In this document: one piece after another, positions 11,670-24,168 of the stretch
Position numbering within the stretch: position 1 is the first letter of the stretch
How the letters are laid out: every line of letters starts with the position of its first letter
Assembly: GCF_000143415.4 (NCBI RefSeq)
Contig: NW_003314263.1
Span: 1,638,749 to 1,702,748 of the forward strand
Length of the DNA: 64,000 bases
Source: Selaginella moellendorffii
Lineage: Eukaryota > Plantae > Lycopodiophyta
Direction: 5' to 3'
Notes under the pieces: generated by a model
Told to the model about the DNA's origin: nothing
Seen by the model: only the letters and a program-made list of their open reading frames with translations
Databases searched by the model: none
Made by a program: the position numbers and the translations under genes

Positions 11670-13703
11670 CTATCTGGAGTTGGCTCCCACTGCAAAAAAA
11701 TCTGGTAAGCTCCAAGCTAAACTAGCAAAATGGTACCTCGTCATTTGTCTGTATGGCACACGAAACTCTCCTCGGCGGGCCTGCATTGTCGAGGTCATTA
11801 GTGTCGACTTGGAATGCGAGGATATCCTCGACTGAAATCCTTGGTTTGTCTTCTTGGCCTGGAAGGAAAATTCATTCTTTAAGTGTACCACCAAAGGAAT
11901 CATGCATTCTCTCACCCTCGTATAAAACATGGGACCATGATCCAAAAACCGAAGGTTGTCCTTTCGGGGCAGTGTCCGATGAGATTGCCTTTTGCATCAT
12001 CACGCGCAAGGATATTGCGGTCCTAAGCAAGTGCCTGTGATTAAAAGACACGACGATATCAGAACGTGATGGAAAGCTCAAAAAGCTCACTTCAAAAAGT
12101 CCTGGCGCTGCTGAATTGGTAGCAGATCGAGATGGTTGGTTGGAGTGTTTAAGTCGACGCCGTCCTCGGGTATAAGACTGTAAGATGAGTTTAGGCGCGC
12201 GCTAGCTTTGTCAAACAAGTGTACCTGGTGTCTTCGTCGACATTCGCAAGCTCTTCCAACTCGACGTCTTCAAGAGCAAGATAAAGGAACTTCACGGCTT
12301 CCTCTGCTGCTCCAACCGATTCAGCGCATTTTGTTTTCTCCTCTATCGCTGCTTTTAGTTTCTCTAGATCCTGACCAATACAAACGAAGATAATGCACAG
12401 GTTTTGCCTTGAGACATACTTGGTGTTCTTTCTGAATTTCGGCTTTGAGCTGCTCATTACGGTTGATGAGATGCTTCAGCTCGTCCATCTCTTCAATGGC
12501 CTCGATATTAGCGGCCAGATGTTGCTCTAAAAGACGGCAAAAACGTCAGAAGGAAAATCTGGAAACAAGGGAAGACAAGACCTTGAAGTTTGAACAGCAG
12601 GATCCGCGAAGCCTTTTGATAACTGTGGTTTTTCCTCGCAAGTTCTTCTTCTAGCTTCACAAGAACATAGCCATCCTTTTAATTTAAGAAGAATGTAGCA
12701 ATAGTACCTCTTTTGCTGCAAGCATCTTGTCTTCAAGCTCGTTGTTCTCGTGCTGAAGTTGTCCATTTTTCAGAACCAGCAGCTCCGTCTGTCTGATATG
12801 ATAGGCAACCTCTTTCGCTAGCTGCTCATTCTCCAAAATCGTTCTTTTTGTTTTCTGCGTACAAAAGAATCAGAATCGCAATGATATCAGCTGACAAACT
12901 CCAGAGAAAGAATCAAGTTTACTTCTTCTTTTTGTCTCCTTATGCAGCAGCCCGATTGAGAAACATACGACGTGGAGCTGCTCCTCCGTTTGTTTGATCA
13001 TCAAGAGCTTTGTCTCTTCGATTTTAACCGCCATCTCTTTGCGCAATCTCTCCCGCTCTTGTTGTGCCACTCGTTCCACGTCGTTCAAGGCCTCTTGGTG
13101 TTGCTTCTTTTCCTTGGAAAGCTGGTTCTTCAAGCTGCCAACAAGAAAAAAAAAGAAAACACTTAGTTTGGCCTGAAATAACTTGAAGCACAAAGGAGAG
13201 AAGTCCATACTTTTGGATCTCTTTTTCGATAGCGGCCCTTCGTAGCGTAAACTCCTTCACTGCTTGGATCAAATTGTGTGCATCATCCAGCTCTTTCTGG
13301 ATTGCTTCGACTTGGATCCTGTGAGTGGTTTTCAATTCGTTGAGCTCCGCCAGAAGCGCGGCATGAGACTCAGCCCTCTCCTTCTTGAGCGTTTCGATAA
13401 TTTGTTCCATCTCCTCGCTTCGCCGATCAAATTCCTTTGCATCTCTGCATTGGAAAAACACAGTCTCGAAACACAGTCTCGCGAGAAAGAAGGATACCTG
13501 GTGAGCGCGGCGATCTGATCCTCCAGAATCTTGTCCCTGTCCTCAGCTTGCCTGCGCGTCTCCTTGATGACGCTCCCAAGATTGAACGCCCGCTCCTCAA
13601 GCCTGGCGATCTTGTCATTGCTGCACAGGATTTGCAAGTCCTTGGCCTGGATCTCGCCCTTGACAACATCTAGCTCGTCCTTCTCTCCCTCCTTGGGCGG
13701 CAT
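11670..13703 (-). CDS. Coiled-coil cilia/flagella-associated protein, CFAP157-like (multi-exon; 3' end approximate)
   Basis: MPPK start; spliced exons give EFTLRRAAIEKE...QQERERLRKEM...KTKRTILENEQL, resembling CFAP157; short GT-AG introns. Confidence 0.6.
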
Positions 13704-13937
13704 TCTTCTCTTACCTTCTCACCGCCATTCTGAAACTCAAAAATAAAACAAATGCCCTAATCGCGAGCCGTCCACGTGGCAAAATCCTAGTCGTTGTTGG
13801 CAACTCCGCCAGACGATTCGTTGAATATTCCGGCTTAGCCGGAATATGAAACGGCTGAGCGGAATGTGCGGGCTTTTGGCACTATATGTCCCAGAATATC
13901 CTCACATTTTTCAGGGCTTAGTCGAGGCTCTTGAGCT

Positions 13938-14874
13938 ATGGCGACGACGATGATGCAGCCGATCACCTCTCCCGCCGCGGCGACCATGTCTCCCGGATGC
14001 AGCCCCTTCCAGTCCTCGATCGGTAAGCTCCCTGTCCGATTTCTTGCTCGAAATTCTCATGCTGCATGCCTAGATTTCGATGCTGCGGCTGTCGATCTGC
14101 ATTTGACTGATCACAGCGCTCGCATTTCTTGCCACTTCCAGGTGAAATTCGATTTGGATCGTTGAGAATCTCCCCGGCACAGCAATCGAAGCGTTTGAAG
14201 CAAACAAGGCGAACAGTCGTAGCGGCGGAATACAGGTACTTTTTTTAAGTCACAGAGCCAAGAATTTTTTTCTCTTTGATGTTCTTCCATCGGACTTAAG
14301 TCTTTGCTTTTTTTTCTCCAGACGAAGTGGTGGTGGATCAGGAGATTTTGTTGCTGGATTTCTACTCGGTGGTGTTGTTTTCGGTGCTCTTGGCTACCTT
14401 CTAGCACCTCAGGTAACTATTTCTTTTCGCTTTTCTTCCAGAGAAACGTTCTTACAGTTTCGTGCCTGCCTATGCATGCGAGAAGTTAAATCGATCGCTC
14501 GACAAAGTGAGTAGTGAGAACGGAGCGGCGCTGCCAACAAAACCAAACAAGTATTTGGAAGACGAAGGGATCGAGGTAAGCTCATCCTCCGAATCCCTCC
14601 CGTGGGTGTTAACAATTCCAGTAAAGTTCCACGAACTCGAGGAAGAGAATGGAATCGAGGTAGTGCGAACGGAGCATCGTTGTTCTTGAGTTTCCCATGT
14701 CGAGCTTTTCTAGGAACTTTGGTTTTCATCGTCAAGAGCTAATGCTATCTTCGCTTGCAGACGACGAGAAAGAGCTTGAGCGCCAAGATCGATGAGCTCA
14801 ACGCCGCGATCGAGAACGTCTCCGCGCAGCTTAAAGAAGGCGAATCCATGAAAGAGATCGAAGTTTCCGCATAG
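13938..14874 (+). CDS. Chloroplast inner-membrane small protein (At1g42960/YtxH-like)
   Basis: Transit-peptide-like N-terminus; GGSGDFVAGFLLGGVVFGALGYLLAPQ membrane segment; TRKSLSAKIDELNAAIENVSAQL coiled coil; stop 14872-14874. Confidence 0.8.
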
Positions 14875-15112
14875 AAAAGGGAAGAACAAACGAGAAGAAG
14901 AGAAGAGAGCGAGAAAGCGAGAATTTAGAGCTCGTTGGCTTGTAAGGAATAAATTTTTTTTTGTTTATCAAATATATAAATTGTATTTCTTATCTCCTTA
15001 AAGTTTTTCTACACCAAGTACCGAGTTTTCTGTGCCGTCAGATCTCTTGTTCCATCTCGACCGTTGTTTCATTGTCTCTCATCTTGACCGTTCAATTACT
15101 TGAGCGTTCAAG

Positions 15113-15137
15113 AACCCTAAGAACCATCCTAGGGTTT
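15113..15137. promoter_or_regulatory. Telo-boxes upstream of RPL13
   Basis: AACCCTAA and TAGGGTTT just before the ATG; more copies at ~16075-16130 before REX4 and ~54942-54966 before SPB1, typical of plant translation/ribosome-biogenesis genes. Confidence 0.6.
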
Positions 15138-15160
15138 TTGGTCAGGGCGGCGGCTTAGCG

Positions 15161-15991
15161 ATGGTGAAGGGAAACAATGTCATTCCCAATCAGCATTTCA
15201 AGAAGGATTGGGAGAAGCTGGTGAGGACATGGTTCAATCAGCCGGCGCGCAAGGTCCGCAGAAGAAAGGGTGAGTAGAATTCGCGATTTCTTCTTTTCTC
15301 TCTCGCCATTCTTAGTTTTTGGGCGATTCTTCCTGCAGCCCGGTCGATCAAGGCTGCCAAGATCTTCCCTCGCCCGCCATCCGGCCCTCTGCGCCCGGTG
15401 GTCCACTGCCCGACCGTCAAGTACAACAGCAAGGTAAAATACGGCCGAGGGTTCTCGCTGGAGGAGCTCAAGGTAGGAATTTCTCTTCTCTTCTTTGCTT
15501 GTAGCTCAGTGTTGGAGATCCAGGAAGCTGGGATCTCCAAGAATCTCGCTCGCACGATTGGAATCGCCCTGGATCACAGGAGGAAGAACCGGAGCCTCGA
15601 GAGCTTGCAGACGAATGTCCAGCGATTGAACACGTACAAGACGAAGCTCATCGTCTTCCCACGCAAAGCTAAGAAAACAAAGGTAAAGATGGATGCCTTT
15701 CGAGTTCTTGGGAGCGGAGCTTTGCATTTTTTGGATTCGCGACACTCAAATCGTCGTGTTTTTCAGATGGGCGATTCGCAACCCGAGGTTCTGAGCACCG
15801 CGACGCAGTTCCAAGGGCCAGTGCTGCCAATTGTTCCAAAGAAACCCGAGGTCGGCATTGTCACAGTGACCGACGAGATGAAGGCCGTGAAAGCTTATCA
15901 GAAGCTCCGGATCGAGCAGACCAACAAGCGTCTCGTTGGAATCCGCGCGAAGAAGGCTGCCGAGGCCGAGAAGGAAGAAGGGAAGAAGTAA
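15161..15991 (+). CDS. RPL13: 60S ribosomal protein L13 (eL13)
   Basis: [17 protein letters not shown]...[52 protein letters not shown]; 3 short introns. Confidence 0.97.
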
Positions 15992-16135
15992 ACAAACCAG
16001 AGCTATCCATCAAAAATGGTTTTTTTGTTGTCTCAAAGTAATCGACCTCGTACGACTTTTTTCATTGTTAAAATTTTAGGGTTCTTGGGTTAACAATCTA
16101 AAACCCTAAAGGAGAAAGGGTTTAGGGTTCTTGGG

Positions 16136-17374
16136 ATGAAGCGAGAGCGCGAGAATGCGGTAGAGGCTGCGGGCTCGAGGAAGCGGTCGAAATTCGCTTC
16201 TGTGGATCGATCGAGTGGCAAAGCGGTGGCTGTGAGCCAGAATTGGATGGAGCTGCGATCAGTTGGTGTGGCAGCTCCTAGGCTTTTAGCGATGGGAGAT
16301 TTTGGACTCTAAAGCGCTCATTCTTTGATTCTGTGCAGAAGCTGGGGATTTGTGCGAAGAAGCGCAAGGAGATTTCGATCGCGTCAGGTTTGATTCGTGG
16401 ATCGTGCTTGTTTTATTTCCCTGACATTGTTGCGCTTTGTAGAGAAGAAAGAAACCACGCTCCAAAAGCTCCCAGAGCCTTCCAGCACTGATTCCAGGTA
16501 CTGGCACGAACGTATGGGATTTTTCTTATAACTTTTGGTGTGTTATAGCGTAACAAAGGTCCTTGCGATGGATTGCGAAATGGTGGGAGTTGGATTTGAG
16601 GGAAAGAAAAGCGTTCTTGCTAGAATCAGCCTGGTAACGAATTTCTCGTAGTGTTTTTTTCCTTGCTTCTTATTTTGCTTGGACCTTGTCGAAAGGTGAA
16701 TGAGCATGGGAACATAGTGTACGATGAATATGTGAAACCCATGGAATTTGTCACGGATTTTCGCACTCACGTAAGCGGGATTCGCTACAAAGATATAAAG
16801 AATGGTAAGTGGTGTGGTCCAAGCATTAGTTTTTCGTTTCGTTTCGATTGTTTTGGTGTTCTTTGCCTGTAGGGAAAGCTTTTGCAACCGTGCAACAAGA
16901 AGTATCCGACTTGTTATCCGGGCGTATACTAGTCGGGCACGCTTTACATTATGATTTTAAGGTAGACTCATTCTTTTGAAGTAGACGATTTGATTTATTT
17001 CACGCACTTTGCAGGTTCTCTTGTTGAACCATCCGAAAGCTGATACTCGGGATACTAGTCTCTATGCTCCATTTCGCAGGTTTGTATAGAGGAAGAGCTT
17101 GTGGAACTTATGGTGTTTCTTTCTCGGTTTTTTAGTGAGCATGGGCGACCGAGATCCCTCCAGCATTTAGCTGCGCTGTTTCTCGACGCTAAAGTTCAAG
17201 ATGGCGCTCATTCTTCGGTAAGCTGTAGAAAAAATCACCAGACATCGAAGGATTGTATGCTGTTTTTTCTTTCAGGTGGAGGATGCCCGAAGTGCAATGC
17301 TACTATATCAAAAGTTTAGATCGGAATGGGAGAAAAGCGTGTGGAAACGACACAAGAAATCGGTTAAGCAGTAA
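16136..17374 (+). CDS. REX4: RNA exonuclease 4 (DEDDh)
   Basis: [47 protein letters not shown] motifs across short exons. Confidence 0.9.
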
Positions 17375-17418
17375 GTTTCTTTCAGGCGATAGAACTATAC
17401 ACAGGTGAGGTTTCGTTT

Positions 17419-18363
17419 CTATGACGAGCTGTCCTTGACGTCGTCGTCATCTTCATCATCTGGCCGTGTAGAGCTTTGTCCCGCAGGTGTCAAGAGGGAT
17501 GTAAATCCCTTCCATAGCCGGGAGCTAAACGAGCTCTCTCCCGGGAAAGAATTGTTAATACTGTCACCGGACATTAGTTCCAGTGGAACTGCCGACTGGA
17601 GCTCGAGGTTGCCGAGCCTCACAGCCCCAAGGATTCTCTCCGGAAGCTCGTCCGGATGCTGGCTCTCGATGAGAAACGCGAGATCCACAGTGAGGCTGGT
17701 GATGTATCCGATCGCTAAGTGGACGATGGCGTTGGCAACCATGGAGGAGCCGATATCAACATCAACTTCCAGGAAGTTTGGAGCGGTGGAGTACTTGCAA
17801 GTGAGAGTTCTTCCGAGAACGCAGATGGCTTGCTCGCCAACGGCGGTCTTGACGATCCAGGGCCCCTGGACGACGTTGGCAATGAGCTTGAGCCTCGAGT
17901 TCTTGAAGGCGTCGTCTCCCCGGAGGAAGCGGTCGATCAGAGAGTTCTCCGGGAAGCGATGGTGGCTGACGAAGTAGATGATGGCACTGTAGTTCTCCTT
18001 GCTGGGGACTTGGAGATTAAAAGCCCACACGAATGGAGAGGTAGGAGAATTCGAAAGAATAGAGGAAGAGTTGCCAGGAATTGGATCCAAATTGCCTAGA
18101 GCTGCCGTGATTCTCGACTGGGGATGCCTAAGGACGTCGTAGATCTTGGAGGAGCTCTTGATCCAGTCGACGGCGAGCGGCTCTAGAAGCCAATCCCCTG
18201 CGGCAATTTTGGCCTTGGTAGCGAAATAATCCGGGCCGCGCACTCTGAAGCAATCACCTGGAGGCGAGCACCAGCCGTTGAAGCAGGAATCGAGGCCTGT
18301 GAGCGGCAGCGCGCCACCGCGCTTGAGCTGCTCGATCCAAGCCGGATCTGCCGCATTGCCCAT
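17419..18363 (-). CDS. EDR2-like C-terminal domain protein (DUF1336)
   Basis: GWCSPPGDCFRVRGPDYF, FKNSRLKLIANVVQGPWIV, EVDVDIGSS, ELPERILGAVR; intronless, 314 aa. Confidence 0.9.
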   Translation of the reverse strand: MGNAADPAWIEQLKRGGALPLTGLDSCFNGWCSPPGDCFRVRGPDYFATKAKIAAGDWLLEPLAVDWIKSSSKIYDVLRHPQSRITAALGNLDPIPGNSSSILSNSPTSPFVWAFNLQVPSKENYSAIIYFVSHHRFPENSLIDRFLRGDDAFKNSRLKLIANVVQGPWIVKTAVGEQAICVLGRTLTCKYSTAPNFLEVDVDIGSSMVANAIVHLAIGYITSLTVDLAFLIESQHPDELPERILGAVRLGNLELQSAVPLELMSGDSINNSFPGESSFSSRLWKGFTSLLTPAGQSSTRPDDEDDDDVKDSSS

Positions 18364-19029
18364 TTTTCCCTCCCCAGTAAACCCTAATTAGGGTTCTTAC
18401 GATTGTCACTCTGTTTTTACGCATTTAGAATATTCCCGTAGCTTTGGGAATGGATTTTGCCCCTCTCGGAGAACAGAGTTTTCCCGTTGCTAGTGCTTTG
18501 ATCGCGCTCCAGTGGTGTAGGTCTTTCCTTTCTTACTGTGACGCTGGAATAGGAGGGAATGTGGCGCGGAGAACAGGGGAAGAGCTATCGATCGCATTGA
18601 TTCTTCGAGCGAGGGCAACAGCTCGAGGGTAGCACGACGCTCCCATTCGATCGATCGCTGGGTAGGGTTTGAGGCGGGTGCGCTTGCTCTTTTCTTCCCT
18701 CGGTTTCTTGAATTAGGGCTTGGGCAAAGCATCACGCTCTGCGCGAGCAGGGCTTTAGGCGGCAAGGTGCTGGGCGCGCTAGGGTTTAGATCGGCCAGGA
18801 ATACCAACAGTTCTTACCGAAATCCGGTAAGCTCTCGATCGATTCAGCTGCGCTGCGAAATATTCCGCTCCAGGATTGATCCGCGCGCTAACATCCTCTG
18901 TTTTTCCCTGTTCTTGCAGGAGAGAGGAGCAAGAAGAGGGCGAAATCTCTCTCTCTCTTGCTCGTAAGCAGGGCATGCTCTGTTTGGCATCGATCAATGC
19001 GGTGAAATTTGGGAAAGATTCTGAGTGAC

Positions 19030-22000
19030 ATGGTGGAGGTGGAAGTAGCGCCGTGGATCAAGGGGCTTCCTGTAGCTCCAGAGTATCGCCCCAGCGAGGC
19101 CGATTTTGTGGATCCCATCTCCTTCGTGCTGAGGATCGAGGAGGAAGCTGGGCAGTTTGGGATTTGCAAGATCGTCCCGCCCACCGTGAAGCCGCGCCGG
19201 AAGTCGCTCCTTCCAAACCTCTACAGGTCCATAGCCGCGGCCGGGAAATCGTCGGGGAAGAAGGCATCGATTGGGCTCGACGCGAATTCTCTAGCGGGAT
19301 CCAAGTTTACCACTCGCAAGCAAGAGCTGGGCGATCAGACTCACGCTCAAACTCGGCACAGCAAGGGGGCAAGCTATACCTTGGACCAGTTTGAGATCAA
19401 GGCCAAGGCTTTTACTCGAGCACAGGTTGGAACTTCCAGGGATGTTGTTCCGGTTGTCTTGGAGGCTCTGTTCTGGAAGACAATCGAGGAGGATAAGCCA
19501 GTGACTGTGGAATATGCGGACTATATTCCAGGCTCCGCGTTCCCGGAGAGTGATAGCGAGCAGGGCGATGGCAAGAAAAGGAAGAAGAGTGCTGTGGACA
19601 GGGAAGGGTGGAAGCTCGTCAATAGTCCCTGGAACATGAGATACTTGGCGAAGTTACAGGGGTCTTTGCTGAGATTCATGCCTGGCGAGGTCCAAGGCGT
19701 GACGTCTCCGCTGTTATACATAGCCATGCTCTTCAGCCACTGGTCATGGAGAACCGAGAGCCACGACCTCCACTTTGTGGACTATTTGCATCTGGGTGCT
19801 CCGAAGACGTGGTATGTGGTGCCACCCGGCGCGGCTCCTGCTTTCGAGGACGTTTTAAGAAACCAAGGTTAGTGATGGTTTGCTAAGGATTTTTTCTTGA
19901 TACTCGCGATGTGTTTTTGTCTCTAGACGATAACTCCGTCGTCAGCCCGGAAGTGCTCGTGATCAATGGCGTTCCCTGCTGCAGGTGTTTCTTTTGATTT
20001 TCGATCGTTTGCATGTATGTGACAAGCGCATCTCAGACTTGTGCAGAACCCTGGAGAGTACGTCATCGTTTTTCCGAGGGCGTATAATTTCAGCTTCAGC
20101 CATAGTAGGCGCGCTTTGCTTGTGGTTTATTACTTACATTACATTTTCCAGGTTTCAATTGCGGTGAAACCAGCAGTTTAGCAAGTCCAGGCTGGTTGAA
20201 AGCTGCCAAGCAAGCAGCTGCTCGCAAAGAATTATTATGCCGTCCTCCGATGGTTTGCCATGAGAAATTATTATACCAAACAGCACTAGCGTTTGCGAAA
20301 AGGTAACAAAACCAAGCTATCCATTTATGATTGATTGAATTGACGAATTTTCTTTGCTAGTTCGAACGCACAGGATGTCCGAAGTTCGAGACTAAAGCAC
20401 AAAATGAAAGTCGGCGCAGAGGAAGCAGTAAGAACAGAGTTCGTCAACGACATGGCCAAGAATCAACAGGTGCTCGACAAACTCGTTAGCATGACACAGG
20501 CAAGGCGGGTTATTTTCAAGGGCGATGACGGGAAGGAGAGTCTCTCCAACCTGGTGAACTTAGGCACAATTGACTCTATCTCGCTGCTATCATTTGTGTG
20601 CGAAACCATGGAAGGCGCCGACGAGAAGGTTGGCGATGATGAGACCCTCGGTAAAAACAGTCCTCCTCGAATTGATTGGGGGAATGTATCCTGTTCCATT
20701 TGCGGTATTCTGTGCTACTCCTGCATAGTGATTGTTCAGCCGACGTCCAAAGCCAGTGAGAGTATTCGGGAAGGAAGATTGACAGTCACAGATGAGAACC
20801 ACGTACAGGAAGATGAGAATGGATCGTCTCGGAAGGTTCTACCTCCGAATGGGAGCAGGAAAGCAGGCCGGGATAACTTACAGCGTCCATATATCATGTG
20901 CTCGGAGCACGCGTTACAGGTATCCTTGCTGCTCCAAGGTTGCGGGGGAAGCCTCGTTCTGGTTGTTTATCATCCAGGTAAATGCTTCGCTGTTTTTCAG
21001 CTGCTTTGTGGAACTGATTCCTTTGTTTTCTTTTCTTTTCATGTGCTTACAGAGTATGAGATGTTCGATAAGAATGCGAAGGACTTTGCAATGGATATGA
21101 GCATGCGGTGTCGCTTCAGAGATACCACGTATGACGAGGAGAACCAGCAGGATTTGCAACTCATCAGCGCTGCAATCGAAGCGGCTGAGAGACCTGACAA
21201 CGGTTGGATTGATCATGTTCAGGCAAGGCTTCCAGCGACAGCATCCTTTTTAGAAAACAGCAGGGCAGAAACAGACGAAGATGACACTGAATTGGTGGTA
21301 GAGAAGACATCGAAGGAGAAGAAAGTAGTCGGGCGTTGGTGTGGTCGGGTCTGGAGACATGATCAGACGCACGCCATTTTAGGAGGGTGCCGAACAGCTT
21401 CCAAAGTAGAAGATAACCAGGATGAGTTAGCGGATAGTAAGACCAGGAAAAGTAAAGGCGGCCACGACGAGGACATACTTAAGAGTGAGGACTATGCAAG
21501 CCTCAGGAAAAACTGTAGGAAAAGGAAACGGACACAAATGGTTGCAGTATGGCGGGTTGAATCCGAGCCTCAGCCTTGCTCCACGCAAATAAGTGAAAGT
21601 CTTCCTTCTGAACTGGAGGCCAACGATGTCAAGACCGAGAAGGTTGCTTCTCTTGACGAGGATGTCAAAGTGTCAGAGCCAGAGCTTCGAACGGAGAATC
21701 GCTCGTCTGAAGAAGGCCGGCCTCTACCTCCTCTAGTTTGCAAGGAAGAAAAGGAAGAAAACGGGAAGTTGGAGCTGCCGTGTCCTGAGGAAACGACCAA
21801 GCCGCTAGTTATCGTGGACTGCAAGGAGGAGCCTGAGATTCATCGTGAAGCTGTGGTTTTGGACGAAGAGGCCCCTCAGGAGAATGTTGCGGCATATAAG
21901 GAAGTGTTACCAGCTCCTCCGGAGGAACCTGAGCAGCAATCCAAGGAGAAGGAGCCTGACCCGGTAGCTGCTGAAAATGAGCCTGTTTCGGTGGTGATCA

Positions 22001-22926
22001 CTGAAGACGATGGTCAGCATGGTGCAGGATCGACGCTCTGTTTCTCAAACAGCGTATGGCATGACGTGCCTATCTCGTTTTCTCCAACTTTTCATTCATC
22101 GTACATGGATGAGAAGCCAAAGGCATGGCCGACGGCTCACAGGACGCCATTGAAGATAGGAATCCCAAAGAGGAAAAGGACTCAAATAGCTTCATCTTTG
22201 GAGGCTAGCGACGAAGAGAAACAGCTAACAGACGAGGACCTGGAAGAAGATTATGATGAAGAAGAAGAAGCAGAGGAAGACGAGGAGGAGCAGAATTATA
22301 GCAATGTGTCAGCTTCGTCTGTTGAGGATGACGAACGCGCTGTGGATGAAGCCGCAGAGTATGGTCTGGAATCCAGAGCTAAGAGGACCAAGCGCAAGAG
22401 CTGGAAAGCTCAAGCAGCAGAAGAACAAGAGAAAGCTCCTAGACGAGGTACGTTTCCTATGCGTGAAGCAACCAACATGAAACTTTTGTCCCTTGCAGGA
22501 GGAGCGAAGAAGGCCTCGACGTCGACAAAAAGGCCTGGCAGCGAGGCGACGAAGCGCAAGCTTGCTCCCGGCATGGTGCACTCTCATGGACTACACACTT
22601 GCGACTTCGATGGATGCACGATGAGCTTCCGAACAGCGAGCGAGCTAGCTCTGCACAAGCGCAACATCTGCACCATCAAGGAGTGCTCCAAGCGCCTCTG
22701 CTCGCACAGCTACCTGATGCAGCACTACCGCGTCCATGCCGACGACCGGCCTCTCAAGTGTCCCTGGAAAGGCTGCAAGAAGACGTTCAAATGGTCCTGG
22801 GCCCGAACGGAGCACATCCGAGTCCACACCGGCGAGAGGCCCTACGCCTGCACCGAGTGCGGCAAGAGCTACAGGTTTGTCTCGGATTTCAGTCGCCACA
22901 AGCGTACAACGGGTCACAGTACGTGA
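19030..22926 (+). CDS. REF6/ELF6-type JmjN-JmjC protein with four C-terminal C2H2 fingers; Fe-binding His residues substituted
   Basis: JmjN APEYRPSEADFVDPI...FGICKIVPP; JmjC LYIAMLFS, PKTWY, VQNPGEY; fingers CPWKGCKKTFKWSWARTEHIRVHTGERPY and FVSDFSRHKRTTGH. Confidence 0.93.
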
Positions 22927-24168
22927 AGAGCTGGCAAGGGAAGAGCAGGAATGCAACAGGCAGGGAAGGAATCCAGGATCAGCCAACCATCGGACAGTCA
23001 GACGAGGAACTTGAAAGCTTTGATGGAGAAAGGTTGGATGACGCCAGTGCTTGGAACGAGGACTGGGACTGTGAGACTGAGACTCCGGGAAGACTTGTCT
23101 GAATAGAGCATGCACGGAACGGCACAGGGACAGGGCTTGGAAAAGCTTGGATTTTGATGAACAGGCATACAGGGCTGGAAGGATGGAAAGTTTTGTGGAG
23201 GCTGAAGTTTGGATTTTGAGGTTGGATATGCTATAGGAAAACGGGCAACCGGCACAGGCACAGGGATGAAAGGATGGAAGGTTTTGTGGAGGATCTCTTT
23301 TTCTCTGGAAGAAAGGAAGTTTGGATTTTGATGGGACTGAGGTGGAAGTGGTGATGGAAAGCTTTGGGAATAGTGGCGAAACGTGTAGAGCTTGATCATC
23401 GGGCATCTCTCGCACTCACGCGAAAAGTTGGGAAGTTTTTTGGAAGTTCTTTCTACCTGGGAAAGCTTTTATAGTCGCTGGAAAAGTCTGTGGACTTGGG
23501 GAGAGATCTACTGTGAAGCCGTTTATACTGACAGCGACGCAGAGCGAAGAAGATGGACTCTGGAAAGTCCAGTCGTGGAGGTGAAATTGTAAATGAATTT
23601 GGTGGCTGTGCCGTGCGGCCGGATTATATATCTTTAGCCGGGTCAATCGCGCGCCTGGCACAAGTTCTAGTCAGGCTTTGGTTCCGCGCAGCAAAGCCAC
23701 AGGGAAAGCAGTGGAATCGAATCTAATCCGCGCCAGCGCCAGTGAATGGATCGATCGTTGGAAAGGAATTTTCTCTCTTTAAGCCGAGCCGAGAGGAAGG
23801 AGGAGGAGTGAATGGATCCAAGGAATTTTTTCTCTTAAGGTCGAGAGGAAGGAGGAAGAAGAAAGAGCTACCGTTGCGTGCGTGTGAGAGAGAGGAGAGG
23901 AGAGAGTTTTCGTGGAAGACCCGCACGAACGAACGAATCGCCGCGAGTAAAACCCGGTCAATGTGAGAGGAAGGGTGGTCGCGATTTTAACTCTTCGTCT
24001 CTCGTGTGGGCGACTTTGCGCGAGAGAAAAGAGTGGGAGGAGAGGAAAAAAGGGCGAGAGACTCTTTCCGGGGGCGCTGGAAGTGGCGAGGCTCGACTTT
24101 GGTTTCCTGGGCTGGAAGGAGTGGTCGATAATCGATCGCTGGTGTTCCTCGCCAATTGCGATCGATCG

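Noticed and set aside
16075-16130. Telomeric repeat tract
   Set aside because: Isolated AAACCCTA/TAGGGTTT copies in promoters are telo-boxes, not an array.
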